Source of the DNA: Jimgerdemannia flammicorona
Lineage: Eukaryota
Assembly: GCA_003990765.1 (NCBI GenBank)
Contig: RBNJ01000026.1
Coordinates: 1-50,752, forward strand
Reading direction: 5' to 3'
Length of the DNA: 50,752 nucleotides
Below, in pieces: positions 27,457 through 40,510 of the stretch (positions are counted from its first letter, which is position 1; every line of letters starts with the position of its first letter). Both the position numbers and the translations under genes were made by a program. The notes under the pieces are model-generated. The model saw only the letters and a list, made by a program, of their open reading frames with translations. It had not been told where the DNA came from and ran no database searches.

Positions 27457-28214
27457 AGTACAAGATATCAACCTATACTCCATATTAGATTGAAGATTAT
27501 ATCTTTGATACTATCATTGATATTGGTGCTGGAGGATATCTCATGAGCAAGAAGACAATTGACTGCCTAGGCTAGGATATTGAAGAGTCTACCAAGATGA
27601 TCTATATTACAACAGATGATATATGAACTACCCCCCTAGACAAGATCCAAGAAGTTCTCATCAAGATTAAAGAAGCTACTATCCAGTAGATATGATTGTT
27701 ACAAGTACTACTAACTATGATATTCTCACTGGCAACCAATGGCTTCATAAGATCAAGACTGTTATTGATCTTAATGTCTAGAAGATATAGATCAACTATA
27801 GAGGAAGAAAGGTATGAGTCTCTATCAATATCCATAAAGAAGTACTACTAGACATGGAGAAAGGAGATGAGGAAGACACAGAAGTCTTCATGCACTTGGT
27901 ATATAAGAACAAAAGCAAGACACCCAAGCTCACAGATGAGCAGTAGTATAACAAGATCATCAATAACTATGCCCCTCAAGGAAGATACCCCCATGGTACT
28001 AAGATGTACTGCTCCAAACACCTGAATGACTACTAGTCCTATATTAGTGAAGTCAGGAAAATCCACCAATAAAAGTATAAGCAAGAAGCTGCTGAAGCAA
28101 AGAAGAAAGCCAAAGAAGATGATCAGCCCCCAGAGCTTCAAGCTGATAGTAATTATAAGGAGAAATAAGAACCAGACATCACTCTCAAGATCAAGAAGTT
28201 TTACTCTGAAGCCA

Positions 28215-28605
28215 AGATTCTAGAATACAAGACTGAAGAAGCCATAGGAATGGACCTTGCTAGTATTCAAGATACTACTCTTGAACCACAGACCACCACT
28301 CTACTTAGCACTAGAATTGGAGTCAAGTTATCAGAGAACTATACCAGAATTATCAAGACCAGAAGCAGTCTGGCCAAAAGTAAAATCTTAGTTGAAGGAG
28401 GAGTAATTGACTCTGATTACACTGGTGAGATCTTTGTCATAGTTAGGAATCACAACCCCACCACCCCATTCAAAGTCAAGAAGCATGATAGGATTGGTCA
28501 GATGCTGATCTACAAAATCAAGAAGCCTAAGATCACTGAAGCCATTAAACTCATCAAGATCAAGAGAGGAGAACAAGGCTTTAGATCTACTGGAAGAAGA
28601 GCCTA
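28215..28605 (+). pseudogene. dut: dUTPase domain in Gypsy B pol
   Basis: AIGMDL, TRSSLA, GGVIDSDYTGEI, RIGQ and RGEQGFRSTG motifs in ORF 28250-28855. Confidence 0.92.
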
Positions 28606-31600
28606 TACTGCTACCAAGATTACTGAACTTGAGCATAAGAAAGATAAGAACCAGAACAAGTACACATATACCATTGGAGAAAACTTTCCCCTAGAAGAAC
28701 AACTTCTCAAGATCCTGTACCAGAATGAAGAAGTACTTATCACAGACTTCAGAGACATCCACAATCAAGAACCCAAGTACTACTATAAAGTTGACACTAG
28801 TAATACCAAGCCCATCTACCAGAAAGCCAGACCTATACCATCTGCCTATAGATAATGGCTGTAAGCAGAACTCAAGGAAATGAAAGAAGCTAGAATCATC
28901 AAGCAAGCTATCAGCTCCTGGACTTCACTCAATATCCTCACCTCAAAGAAAGGAAGCAAGTCTAGAAAGTTTGCCCCAAGACTCTGTATTAATTACAGGA
29001 AGCTCAATACAATCACCAAGAAGGATAGGCAGCTCTTGCCAAATATTCAAGAAATTCTTACCACCCTTAGAAGCAAAGCCAAATACTATACTACCTTGGA
29101 TCTGTTCTCAAGCTTTCACCAGATTGGTCTCACTCAAGATGCCAGTGAGAAATCAGCCTTCATCACATCTGATGCCACCTATGTCTACTTGTGAATACTA
29201 TTTGAAATGTGCAATGCACCAGCAGGTTTTCAGTGAATTATGAGAATTATGAACAGAGTTTTCAGCAATGAGATTGGAAAATGGCTCTTTGTCTGTGATC
29301 ATCTTCAGTAATATATAGAAACATATCAACTATATACAGCTAGCTCTCAAGAAGCTCAAGGAATATAGCCTCTACAACAAACTCAAGAAATGTAAGTTTA
29401 CAGCTCAGGAAATCGCCTACCTAGGACACCTCATCAACCAGACTGGAATTCATATGGACCTCATAAAGATTGAGGCTGTTGTAGTCTACCCAAGACCCAG
29501 AACAACTACAGAAGTCTATGCCTTCCTTGAACTGGCCTCCTACTACAGAAAATTCATTAAAGGATACTCCAACATCACAGCACCTATCTACAAGCTACTG
29601 AAGAAAGAAACCAAATTCAAATAGATCAAGGAATGTCAAGAAACCTTCAATAAACTCAAGATCAGATTGACCCAAGTACTTATCCTCAGAAGACCAAGAG
29701 TTCATCCTGCAGACAGATACAAGTACTATAGGACTTAGAGCAGTCCTAGCTCAGAAGAAAGATAGACATAAATATGTCATCTTCTATGCAAGTTGAGATA
29801 TCTATAGAGCAGAACAGAACTACAAGTCATGCAAGCTCAAATGCTTAGTAGTAGTTTAGGCAGTAGACAATTTCCACTACTACCTAGCTGAGAAATACTT
29901 CACTATTCAAACAGACCATTCTGCCCTCACCTGGCTATTCTACACTCTGAACCCTAAAGGAATATATACCAGATAGATCTACAGGCTGTAAGAGTATAAC
30001 TATACTGTCAAGTACTGCTCAGGAAGAACCAATGCCAATATTGATACACTCTCAAGGATACTCCAAAATACCTCCATTAAGACTATTCAACATGAATAAG
30101 GAGTTACACTATAGATTAATCAGCTACCTCAGGCAGCAGAAGATGTCCAACCACCTCGAACTCTGGACTATCACTATTATTAACCAGACTTGGAAATAAT
30201 TTGAACTAGACAACACTATATTCAGAAAAGGAGAAAAGCTCATAATACTCAAATATAAGAAGTATCAAGTAATGAAGGAAGTATATGAACAAGAACACCT
30301 AGGAGGAACCAACATATATAATAAAGCAAGAAGAACTATATAGTGGCCCAAGATAGAAGAAGACCTGTGCCAATTTGTCAAAGGGTATGATAAGTGCTAA
30401 AAATAGAAATAAGATCAATAAGACCAGGTATCTGGGTCATCAAGAATTGAGCCTATCCCCTTCCACCACATTATAATAGATATTATTGGACTGCTACCAG
30501 TGACATTATCAGGAAACCACTATATTATAGTTATTATAGACCTCTTTACCAAATAGATAGAAGCAGGAGTACTACAAGAAGCCAATGCTCTCTCTATAGC
30601 TAACTTCCTGTACTGAGAAATCATCTGCCTCTATAAGACACTAAGGCAAATCACTACAGACTATAGCACAGAATTTGTCAATAGATTTCATGAGATAATG
30701 TATCAGAAATACAAGATTCAGCACATCAAGACCACCACATACCACCCTCAAGGAAATAGACAGATAGAGAGAACCAATAAGACCCTCAAGAACATTTTGG
30801 TGAAGATCTCAGATACATATGACAATTGGGATAACTATCTTCCAACCACCCTCTCTGTTCTATAAGATATATGATCACAGAGTACACACTTTACTCCAAG
30901 AGAACTGCTTTTTGGAGAAAAAGATTCTGATGGAACCTCAGCCACAAATCTAGATCTAACATGGAGACAGGTTGACTCAGAAATCCAGAGACTACACCAA
31001 ATCAAAAAGAAGGCTGAAGATTATATCTTCAAGTCACAAGTACTGATAAGGAAGAATGCAGAGAAGAATCACAAGACTCTAGAACCCATTCAAATCAGAG
31101 AAAAGGTTCTACTGTATCAAAATATAGTAGAAGCCTCATAGTTATGAAAACTGGAGCCTAAATGGAAAGGACTCTTCTATATGTAAGATATTAAGAAAAC
31201 TACCTTCTGGCTTAAAAAACTCTCAGGGACTATACTGTCTACTAAGGTACACAGGAACAGACTCAAGAAGTACTATGAACTTATATAAGAGAAGCAAAAT
31301 ATGATGACCACCCATGAGGTTCTAGTCTGTGAATCATAACAGCATATTTCATAACCAGTAGGCAATCTGTCTGGACTATTCTCTAAGGGATATGGTATCA
31401 GTAACTACTCATCTGTGAGACTTTTAAAGCCAGAGGAGTTCAAACCATCAACTGATTGGTCAAGATCAGAATCAGGCCCTTGCTCTATATGAAGGAAGCA
31501 ACTCTTTACCATTATGTCAAAATATATAAAGAAGATACTAGCCCATAAATACCACTTTTTGACCCCCTGTTAGAGGTTATGAGATCAGCAAATTTTTCAG

Positions 31601-31652
31601 GACTGGACCAATGAATAAGAATGTTCAAGAAGATCCTTATTCAGAAGAAAGA

Positions 31653-33224
31653 TATAACAGTGACCTCAGAATAATGACATTAGCACAGAAGACAGCCTTT
31701 TCTTACAAGTCACCAGATTGGAGTATAGAAAGATCATATAGCATAACTCATCTGAGCTACAAGATGAGCGATGATGACTAACCATAAGTCATTGTGACCA
31801 TAAGACAGATATCTCAAGAAATATAAAAGAAGAATCAAGGAACTACAGTAGTAGCAATCCAAACAAAGCTCACAGAAATAGTTCTAAAGACTTACTATAA
31901 ACAAAATGCCTACTACTTACCAAACCTCAAGATTCAGAAACCACTAAGGCCCCTCAGTCCAGGAAAGAATATTTTAAGACATCAAAAGAGCCATAGGAAC
32001 CCACACAAGAAGGACTCCTAGCATCAATCTGGATACTAGTGACCCTTACTATTATATTCTCTACTGCTGTAAAATGGAAACAAAGATCACTATTGCTACT
32101 AAATATCTCTGAATATGGCAGGAGTATGAAATAAGAAATCTCCTCTATCAGGAGTTCCCTCAGGTCAGTCTCCAGGAGATTCAAGATACTACCCCCATAG
32201 ATATATATAAAATAAAGACAGCAAAGAAGATTCATCAGATCTTCTGGCATATACCATAGTCAATTCCCAACTTGGAGTATACTAAGATCTCAGACTTCAA
32301 GGAACTGTCTGTCCACCACACCAATATACTAGAGGTCATAGTGATCACAGAGGCTCAGTCTACTATCACTCTCAATAGTGATGAAGTAGAAGACTTCTGA
32401 TATCCCATCTTCCAGGACAACCCAGATCAATTTATGCAGGGATTGATCTCAGTTTTCTAAGGCCCCAGTATCTAGGTTAGACCTCTCTAAGACTCTATAT
32501 TTGTTCCTTATTTTGTGAAAGAGAATGTCATAGATTAGAGAGCCCTTGCTGTTACCAAATATGATGACATTATTGATGATGACATTATCCCATACAATAT
32601 ATGCAAACCATGCAACATATGCAATAAGATGGATGAAATATTCACAGACCTCATCTCCTTTGAAGATATCCTATCTCTGACCTCTGGTCTTGATAGTGAT
32701 GAAGATGAAGCCTCCATGGTTCTGAACTTTCTGCTCTAAGTTCTTAGTAATACTAGATTCTACCTATCCTTTTCCTGTGTAACTATTATTCTTCTGGCAT
32801 TCTGATCTTGCATAACTCGAAATTCTTCTGGTATCTTTTTTCTATACTACTGAAATTCTACTGATATCCTAAACTTGTGCAATTACTTATACAGACAACT
32901 GTAGTTTTTTGTATTCTAGTATTTTATTTAGTTATTGGAATTTATATTTAGTTTTATAACTTAGCAACTATTAAATTATATTTTGTATAAATACCCCTTT
33001 TATTTCCTTTAAAATAAAGTCAGTTCCAGTTTACTTACTCTCAATTCCATATAAGCAATCTAAGAGATAATAAGACAGTTTAAAGATAAGAAGTTTGAGA
33101 ACTATAAGACATTGAGAAGGTACTTTAATAAGAACTTACTTATAACAAACTTGAGATTAGTCTTAGAGATACACCTTGAAGAGAATCTGACATATTTGAA
33201 GAACTCAGTGATTACTACATGATA
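31653..33224 (+). repeat. 3' LTR of Gypsy B
   Basis: Follows purine tract AGAAGAAAGA. Colinear with 499-1997. Termini mutated (TATAACAG...CATGATA). Confidence 0.9.
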
Positions 33225-36200
33225 ATATATATATTCATAGAAAATATAATGATAAAGAACCAAATAGCAAGTAAAGAAATAATAGTAACACTCTATAGTA
33301 GTAATACCAGATAGTGCCTTATCCTTTTCCAATCTTAATATTACAGCAAGAACTTTATTACTAATTAATTTTTGTATTAGATATAGAAACTTATAGATTT
33401 TCTTCAGTATATTTTCAGAAATATCAGCAAGAGAGATTCTACTAGTGCAGAAGGTAAATGCAGTCTTTTTAGAGTTAGCATGCCTTTTGCTATCAATATT
33501 AAATATTTTATAGACAGCTCCTAAAGATAAAATAAAAAAAATTGAAATTAGATATGCATTGAGTTAAAAATTTCAAATAGATATTTGTCATTATATCTTG
33601 ATGAAAAATCATCCAATTTTGATGATATAAAGCCCTGAATAATAGCATTTTTGAAAATATTATAGCTTCAAAATCAGATGACATTTTAGTGAGATATATC
33701 TGAATTATGTATATTTATATGTAATAATCTCTAAATTTTTAAATAACTTACTAATTAGTCTATAGGTTACTGAAGTTACTGACTTTAGTTTACTATGATA
33801 AGACTCAAGTATATTTATAGATATTACTTAGATCAATAATAGTGAGTATTGTCTAGCCCCTAGTATCTACTTCTTGATATTTTTCTGATAATTTCTACTG
33901 ATATACTAACTAATTGCTAGAACAGTATAAGTGTTAATTGTCTCTTGAATTACTATATCACAACTAATTTTATTCTCTTATATATTATAAAGATTATTTT
34001 TATATAAGTTGATGGATGATAAATCTTCTTTATTCAGGTATAGAGAGTATATACTATATAGAGAATAATATTACATTTCTGTTCTCTACCAGAAAGTCTA
34101 GAAAATACCATTGAGATACTATTCATTCAATACTGTTCTGATTAAAGAGCATATATTGAGACTACCATCTTAAAGCTATATAATGAATCAACTTAAGTCC
34201 TATTAAAACTGTTCTACTATCTTTAGTACTAATAAAAATATAGTCATGACATCCCAACATTCAATACTATCTCAAATATATAATGTGAATAAGTGATATT
34301 TTCATATGTATTAAATCAATAAGAGTCAGCCAGCCATATTTAGTCAACTTGTCTAATTGTCCTAGTTAAGTAAAACTGAAGCCTTACTTTATCAATTCTT
34401 TCATTAATATTGATATTGGTATTGATATTAATATTGATATTAATATTGATAGTAATGATAATGATATTGATTTAGATGTACATAAGATAAAATTGGTCTA
34501 CTTGATATTACTGAGTTTTCAAATACTCAATCAACTACTAAATATTACTTGTAATGTCATTTTTGTCATAGAGATGGGAGGTCAGAGGTATATGAATCTT
34601 TTGTTGAATATTTGCAACTTCTTTTTTTTCTAAATATTTAATACTAGATTCTTTACCAAAATTCTCAGTAGCTAATTTCTTAATAATAGTTATAATAGTA
34701 GAAGAATGATAGAATTTTTATACTTCTCCAGCTATTAAGATCTTGATTATATCTGAGTATTTTAACATATTACTCTCTATAAGTATATATATAAGTATAG
34801 TTAAGTGTATTCTGATATCATTCAATTTAAACTATAGATGTTATAGCCAAGTGAGTGATTTTGATTTTTGCAGAACACTGGTCTGGCTATCTTGTGGTAC
34901 TTGTTATTCAGAACTTCTTCTTTTTTTATACTTGATTTTATATGTTTTTTTATATGGTAATTATAAGTAGTTTAGCTATTACTACTCTTTGGTTCACCAG
35001 AACTCCAAACAGACTATATATTTAATATATATAACTATTGTTCTTTGAGTTCTTTACTGAAAATTTCAAATGGTTATTCTATATTAAAAAAAGTAATTTT
35101 GAAACTCTTGGGCCATTTTGATTAGTATAATAATATATATAAATAAGTTTGTAAGATATTTTAGATGTGAAGTATTTTATATAGTTATGATTATTAGTTA
35201 GTTACTATCTGACTAATTATAAAATATACAGTAAGACTAATTTAGAAAGTTATAATAGATATTTCTTCAAAGTACAAGTGTTCTTTCAAAATATAGATAT
35301 ATATTCTAGATTTATAAATTTTGTCCTAATTTAGTATATTAGCTATTTATATAGTAGTGGTATAAGAGATAATATGAGGTAACTATATTGGATATTTTAT
35401 ATATCATCTAGATATACTATAACATTTTCTCATTACAATTGATATATTTATCTCAAATCTCTCACTTTACTATCCACTGTGATGGTTAATCTGAATTAGT
35501 AATATAAATCAGAGAAATTAGACATTTGATTGCAGTACTTAAATCTAATTCCCAATATAGTATAGTCTTATAAATAGCAGTCATTTCACAAATGTTAAAA
35601 TTTCACAAATATCAAGAATTCATAGATATTAAATCTTGACAATCATTGAGATTTTACAGATATCAAGGATTTATACTTATAAAAAGTAACTTATAATATG
35701 GTTATAACTTAGCCACCTTATAGCTAGCAAACTTATATAAATAACCCAGTATCTTAAAGTAAATAAATCTTAGATTGAAATAGTTCAAAATAAAGAAAAA
35801 GCCAAGAAACTAGTAAGCCTATAGACAGATATACTTCAAACTCACTTCTCTATACTCTGAAGATACTATAAGAGTCAGAATAAGTTAAGTTTTCAAAATA
35901 TAGAAATCTGCCATACTTCTGAGATTAGGCATCCACTATATTATACTACTAATATTAAAATGAGTTTTGAAGTTCTATAAGTTTGAATAACTTACTTATA
36001 GAATTTAAAAGAGAATTAAATTACTAACTACTAAATATTTTATAGATAGATTACTATTGTAAAGTATATTTATAAGTTATTTAAGAATAATAAAATCACT
36101 CTATTATATCTTAGATATATAACTCTAATAGATTTATACTTATATAAATAAATTATTAGATAAGTAAAATCTCTAATATAAGAGTTTGAATAGATATCTT

Positions 36201-37205
36201 AGAGATAAGATTATCTATTTAAGAGAAAGTTGTAATAGTTAATTTAAATTAAGAATAAGAATTAGAAAATAAATATTTAATTATAATATCTAAATCTGAT
36301 TCTCAAATTTAGTATAATATTATAGTTAACAGTTAAAGTTTGTAAACCTTATAGATTGAGAAAAAACTTATATATATATTTTATAAATAACTTATTATAA
36401 AAAAAAGAAGTCATACTTAACTATTATATATATAGCTAGCAAAACCTATATAAATATCTCTAATATTTAGAGTAAATAAACCTTAATCAAAATATTTCAA
36501 AAGTAAAAAACTAGTAAGTCTGTAAACAGATATATGTACTTTTATTTCACCCTTGCTGAAGATCAAAGAAGTTAAGAAGATAAAAATAAAATAAAATAAA
36601 ATAAAGAAATTTATAATATTTCTCAGATTAAGCATCCACTATATTATAGTATAATTTTAAGTTATGTAGATATTTTATATTAATAAAATTATATATCTAT
36701 TTAAAGAATAAATTCTTCAAACTAATTAGATTTTCTCAAGATAGATAATTTAGTTAATTAAATCTTAAGTTCTCAAAATACTTATTTCTGAGTATTTATC
36801 TATTCAAATTTAGTATTCTTTCTGAATAGTTTATATATATTTAAAAAAAAAGACTGATATAATTTTTTTTTTTTTTCAGTAATTAGTAGAAATAGTTGAG
36901 ATAGTTTTAAAGTTATATACTATTTCTTTATTAATTTATCTAACTATATTTTCTTTATACTGTTAATCACTATTAGTAATAAATCTTACTTATTATAATT
37001 CAGTCTCTAATAGTATTACTTACTAAGTAGTACAGTTTAACTATATTAGTTTAGTCTGATTTATAAATATCTTAGTCTTATATTTATTAGTTAGTTTTAT
37101 CTTTAAGACTATTACTTAATAAACATAATGATCTTATTTTTATTAGTATCAGCTTTACTCTTATTAACTTACTACTGTTAAATTATTATTAGTAATAATC
37201 TTATT
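33225..37205. other. Extremely AT-rich, CpG-free degenerate repeat relics (unassigned)
   Basis: Composition like the decayed TEs upstream. No credible ORFs. Contains a degenerate ~230-bp direct repeat (~35720-35955, ~36430-36655). Confidence 0.55.
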
Positions 37206-37254
37206 CTTCTGTGCCTCAGTGCAACATACCCTTGGCAATTCAATCGAAACACTT

Positions 37255-37980
37255 AATGTGGTCGTGCAATCTAACAGTAGTCTTAACCTCAAGGATGACA
37301 TCACCTTCATATGCGACTTAACCATCATCTGCACTGATGGCGTCGAGCTTGAAGGTGTGTTCGATCGTTTTCGTGGGTTTATCCATATTAATTCATGACA
37401 TAGATACTAAACGTGCTCGTCTTCAAGGTAATGCTATATGTAAACATGCAAGGGTGCATCTTCCAGCGAGTTGTTCTCAACGACATCAACTCTGCTGTTC
37501 CTACTAACACCGAAGCGATCGATGACACCACCATCATCATCGCGATGGGCATCTACCGCACAGCGAGCTTCCTTCTCCTCCCAAAGCTCATGGCAATGCT
37601 GCTGGAGTGCGCCCAGACATTTCCGACTTTGGCGTCTCACTTCTATGCTGAGATCTTCAAGCCCTTTTATGCTCGAAAGCTTGCGTAAGAGATTTGACAG
37701 ATTTCTCCGAAGAAACCATCCAGCTGTTCTTCACTGCACCACCTTCGCCACTCCTGAACACTGGCTCTGGGCGATGTTGTGGAGCGTGATGATGTTGCCA
37801 GTATGGTTACGGGATACGAGATGTGTGGGCATATCACCTTAAGACCTTCACGGAGGTGGTCGACGGGTTTGTGGAGACGTACTCGCACTACATGGCATTG
37901 TCACCAGCTATGCGAATGGGACGTAGTTGTCGAGTCGAGTCAGCTCATCAGCGTAATCGGATTTATGAGCGAGTAGTTCA
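37255..37980 (+). pseudogene. Decayed BTB/POZ-domain gene, paralog of 38985-39470
   Basis: VQSNSSLNLKDDI, ICTDGVEL, VFKVMLYVNMQ, IYRTASFLLLPKL. Several deletions relative to the downstream paralog. Confidence 0.7.
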
Positions 37981-38533
37981 CTGGCTTCGAATTCCTACAT
38001 GAACACTGCGGGATCAGTGGAGATTCCAGTCTTGGGGGAACAATTATCGGGCCAAGAAAGACTCGCGACTATGGCATCATTCTTCGGAATGGTGATGCAG
38101 TGACTTTGCAACTGGATAAAGCCAACCATACTTGCGCCCTTTCTATCAATGAGATTAACTACGGAATCGCATGTACTGACCTTCCGAGAATGTGTACCCT
38201 GCCGTGACTTATCCAAGTATCGGATTTAATTTTGCCTCTCCTCTTCTTTGTGTCTTTATTCGTTTCTTAGCTGAGCGTGTATTTTATTTTTCAGGCGACT
38301 GTTAGAAAGCTATCATATTTATATTTGTGTTTCCATCTTTCCAACATATATATATATGATTTCATTCTCAATTACCTTTCGCAATTTGGTTGTTCTAAAA
38401 ATACTAGAGACGTTCTGTGGAATGGCAGACATTCCACATTCGTTTGTCCGTGTTCGCTCGTCCCTTCACGCATTCTTGTCCAGTCCATCCAGTCTACGTT
38501 CGTTCATACAGTTAACATCCAGTTAACGTTTAC

Positions 38534-38606
38534 TTGTCCAGTCGATGTTTGCTTGTCCAGTCGATGTTTGCTTGTCTAGTTGATGTTTGCTCGTCTAGTC
38601 CATGTT
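38534..38606. repeat. 19-bp tandem repeat (TGTCCAGTCGATGTTTGCT, ~3.5 copies)
   Basis: Directly visible. Confidence 0.85.
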
Positions 38607-38984
38607 CTTCCGTCCAGTCAACCTTTTATTTTGTTAAATGAGCCATTACGTGGCCCGCCTGCATCCTGTTGTATAGTTAAAACTTGTATTCATATAGCTT
38701 GTGCAGATAATATGATAAATGCAGCTTAGTTTGAGTTTCGTTTTAGTTGGCTCGAAGTACGCCTTTTCAATCTCTTCCGGTATTTTGTGTGGGCGTTTCC
38801 TTGAAGGTGTGATCTGTGTATGTCGGTGAAGACTGAAATCAGCAACTTACGCCAAAGAGATACAGGCGCTCAAGAGATTTGCCCTGAAAGAGACCCACTG
38901 CGTTCTGCAATTTCCGTTTATTTCAAGCTGTGCCACAGTTTAACGTATCTGTGAATCAACTCAAATCAAACACTAAACATAGTC

Positions 38985-39470
38985 GTGCAATCCAACAGTG
39001 GTCTTAACCTCAAGGATGATATCGGCTCCATATGGACAGATTCAGCCTACCACGACGTAACTATCGCCTGCGCTGATGGCGTCGAGCTTGGAGCTTGCCG
39101 TGCCATGCTGGCTGCAAGGCGTGTTCACAATTTTTATAGATCTATCTCATTAATTCATCTCATATGGTCCCAAAGATGCCCCGTCTTAAGGCAATGCTGT
39201 ACGGAAACATGCAAGAGAGCCTCCCAACAAGCCGTCCTCCACCATACCAACTCTGCAGCGCTCACTGTCGTCCTCGGCTTCATTTACACCGAGTCGATCG
39301 ATGAAACCACCATCACCATAGCGGTGGATATCTATCGTTTCCTTCTCCTCCCAAGGCTCACGGAAATGGTACTGGATAGCGCACCCAAGACATTTCCGAC
39401 TTTGGCGTCTCCTCGTCTCTCCTCAACGAGGCCGCCGCTGGAAGGTAGCAAGGACCTCTACCAGTCCACG
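38985..39470 (+). pseudogene. BTB/POZ-domain gene, probably pseudogenised and 3'-truncated
   Basis: LKDDIGSIWTDSAYHDVTIACADGVELGACRAMLAAR, a probable intron at ~39119-39175, then CPV-KAMLYGNMQES (needs a frameshift) and NSAALTVVLGFIYTE: a typical BTB pattern. No clear ATG. Similarity ends at ~39470. Confidence 0.72.
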
Positions 39471-39661
39471 TTCTCTCGTCCAGTACACATTTCAAACAAA
39501 AACAAAGTCTCGTTGATAACATCGAGATGTCTCGACGAGACCGGGATAGAATGAGACGAGAGAAGTCCTGTCTCGTCCCGTTTCGTACGGAGCACCACAT
39601 CAGTCCAAAGGTTGTGAGCTCTGGATAATGCTATATTCGTCACTCACTATGTTGATGCATG

Positions 39662-39682
39662 ACACACACACACACACACACA
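39662..39682. repeat. (AC)n microsatellite
   Basis: Directly visible. Confidence 0.9.
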
Positions 39683-40464
39683 AAAGAGGTGTCTTTACCC
39701 AATCATTCTGCCGTGACGCAAAAAAATATATACATCAAGAAACAAATCAATGAAAAGAACCCTATTCTTTACTGATATCTCGATTTCATAACCCTTATTG
39801 TCAAAAGCGTGAGCCAAAGATTCGTTTTACTCAAAAAAAAAATAAGGACTAAACTTACAAATATAAATCGCATGCTCAACGAAGCCTAAAGAGAAGAGAG
39901 AAATAAGGATTTGACGGAAAATTACTGAAATTATGAATTGCAAAGGATACCGTTTTCTATATTCGCGCACCAGCTGGTCAATGGCATGAGCCACCCATCT
40001 ATTAATTACATGCCTAATGGCTTCGACATTTTCTTAAAAAACAAAAAAAAAAAAAAAAAAAAAAACAGTCCTTTTCAAGAGTTGAACCCTAGCGGGAATA
40101 ATCTATATCAATATCAACAACCAAACACCGTTTTGCTACTTCACACTACATCCCGAAAGGTCCCGCCGTGACATTCCACGAGGCGTGGCTCTACCAAGAA
40201 GTAGACTGCCGGGGAGATTTCGGTGTCTCCTGGTCAGTACTTGCTGGCTGGGCTTAATTCGCCTGAAGCATGGTATACAAGGCTGAACGCCCCAGCCTAG
40301 GATGGCGCCCTCAGGTTATTTAATACACTATCGCTCAATATGCATTGGACCTCTTTCAATTAAGTAGGGGGGGGGTTTTTTTAATTCGTCATTCCCTTCC
40401 TGCCTCTTAGTTGATGACTTTTCGCGAGTCTTTTGGGCCTTCGACTGATTTATTTGAGCTTTTA

Positions 40465-40510
40465 AGCCAGCTGACGAGCCCCTTGAGCAAGGGCGAAACC
40501 GGGCTTGATG
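40465..40510 (+). ncRNA. Degenerate type I hammerhead-ribozyme-like motif
   Basis: CTGACGA (40471-40477), stem II GCCC/GGGC, GAAA, palindromic CCGG. The cleavage triplet reads GGC rather than GUC and stem I is weak. Confidence 0.4.

Larger units (their letters stand above)
26060..31290 (+). pseudogene. pol: gag-pol of Gypsy B
   Basis: LCINYRKLN, YYTTLDLFSSFHQI, KKCKF...YLGHLI, FLELASYYRKFI, LQTD.S..GL.AVLAQ, QTDHSALTWL, IDIIGLLP, TTTYHPQGN.QIERTN, W.G.F. Many stops. Confidence 0.9.
18546..33224 (+). mobile_element. Full-length, inactivated Ty3/Gypsy LTR retrotransposon (family B); 5' LTR split by a LINE
   Basis: 5' LTR = 18546-19660 plus 25547-25973; 3' LTR = 31653-33224. Internal gag (CCHC remnant ~26845-26890), protease (IIDIGAG ~27515), dUTPase, RT, RNase H, integrase. 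Flanks ATAC / ATAT. Confidence 0.92.

Noticed and set aside
33700-35500. MULE/OTU-type DNA transposon relic on the minus strand
   Set aside because: Only vague Cys and motif hints; too degraded to support by eye.
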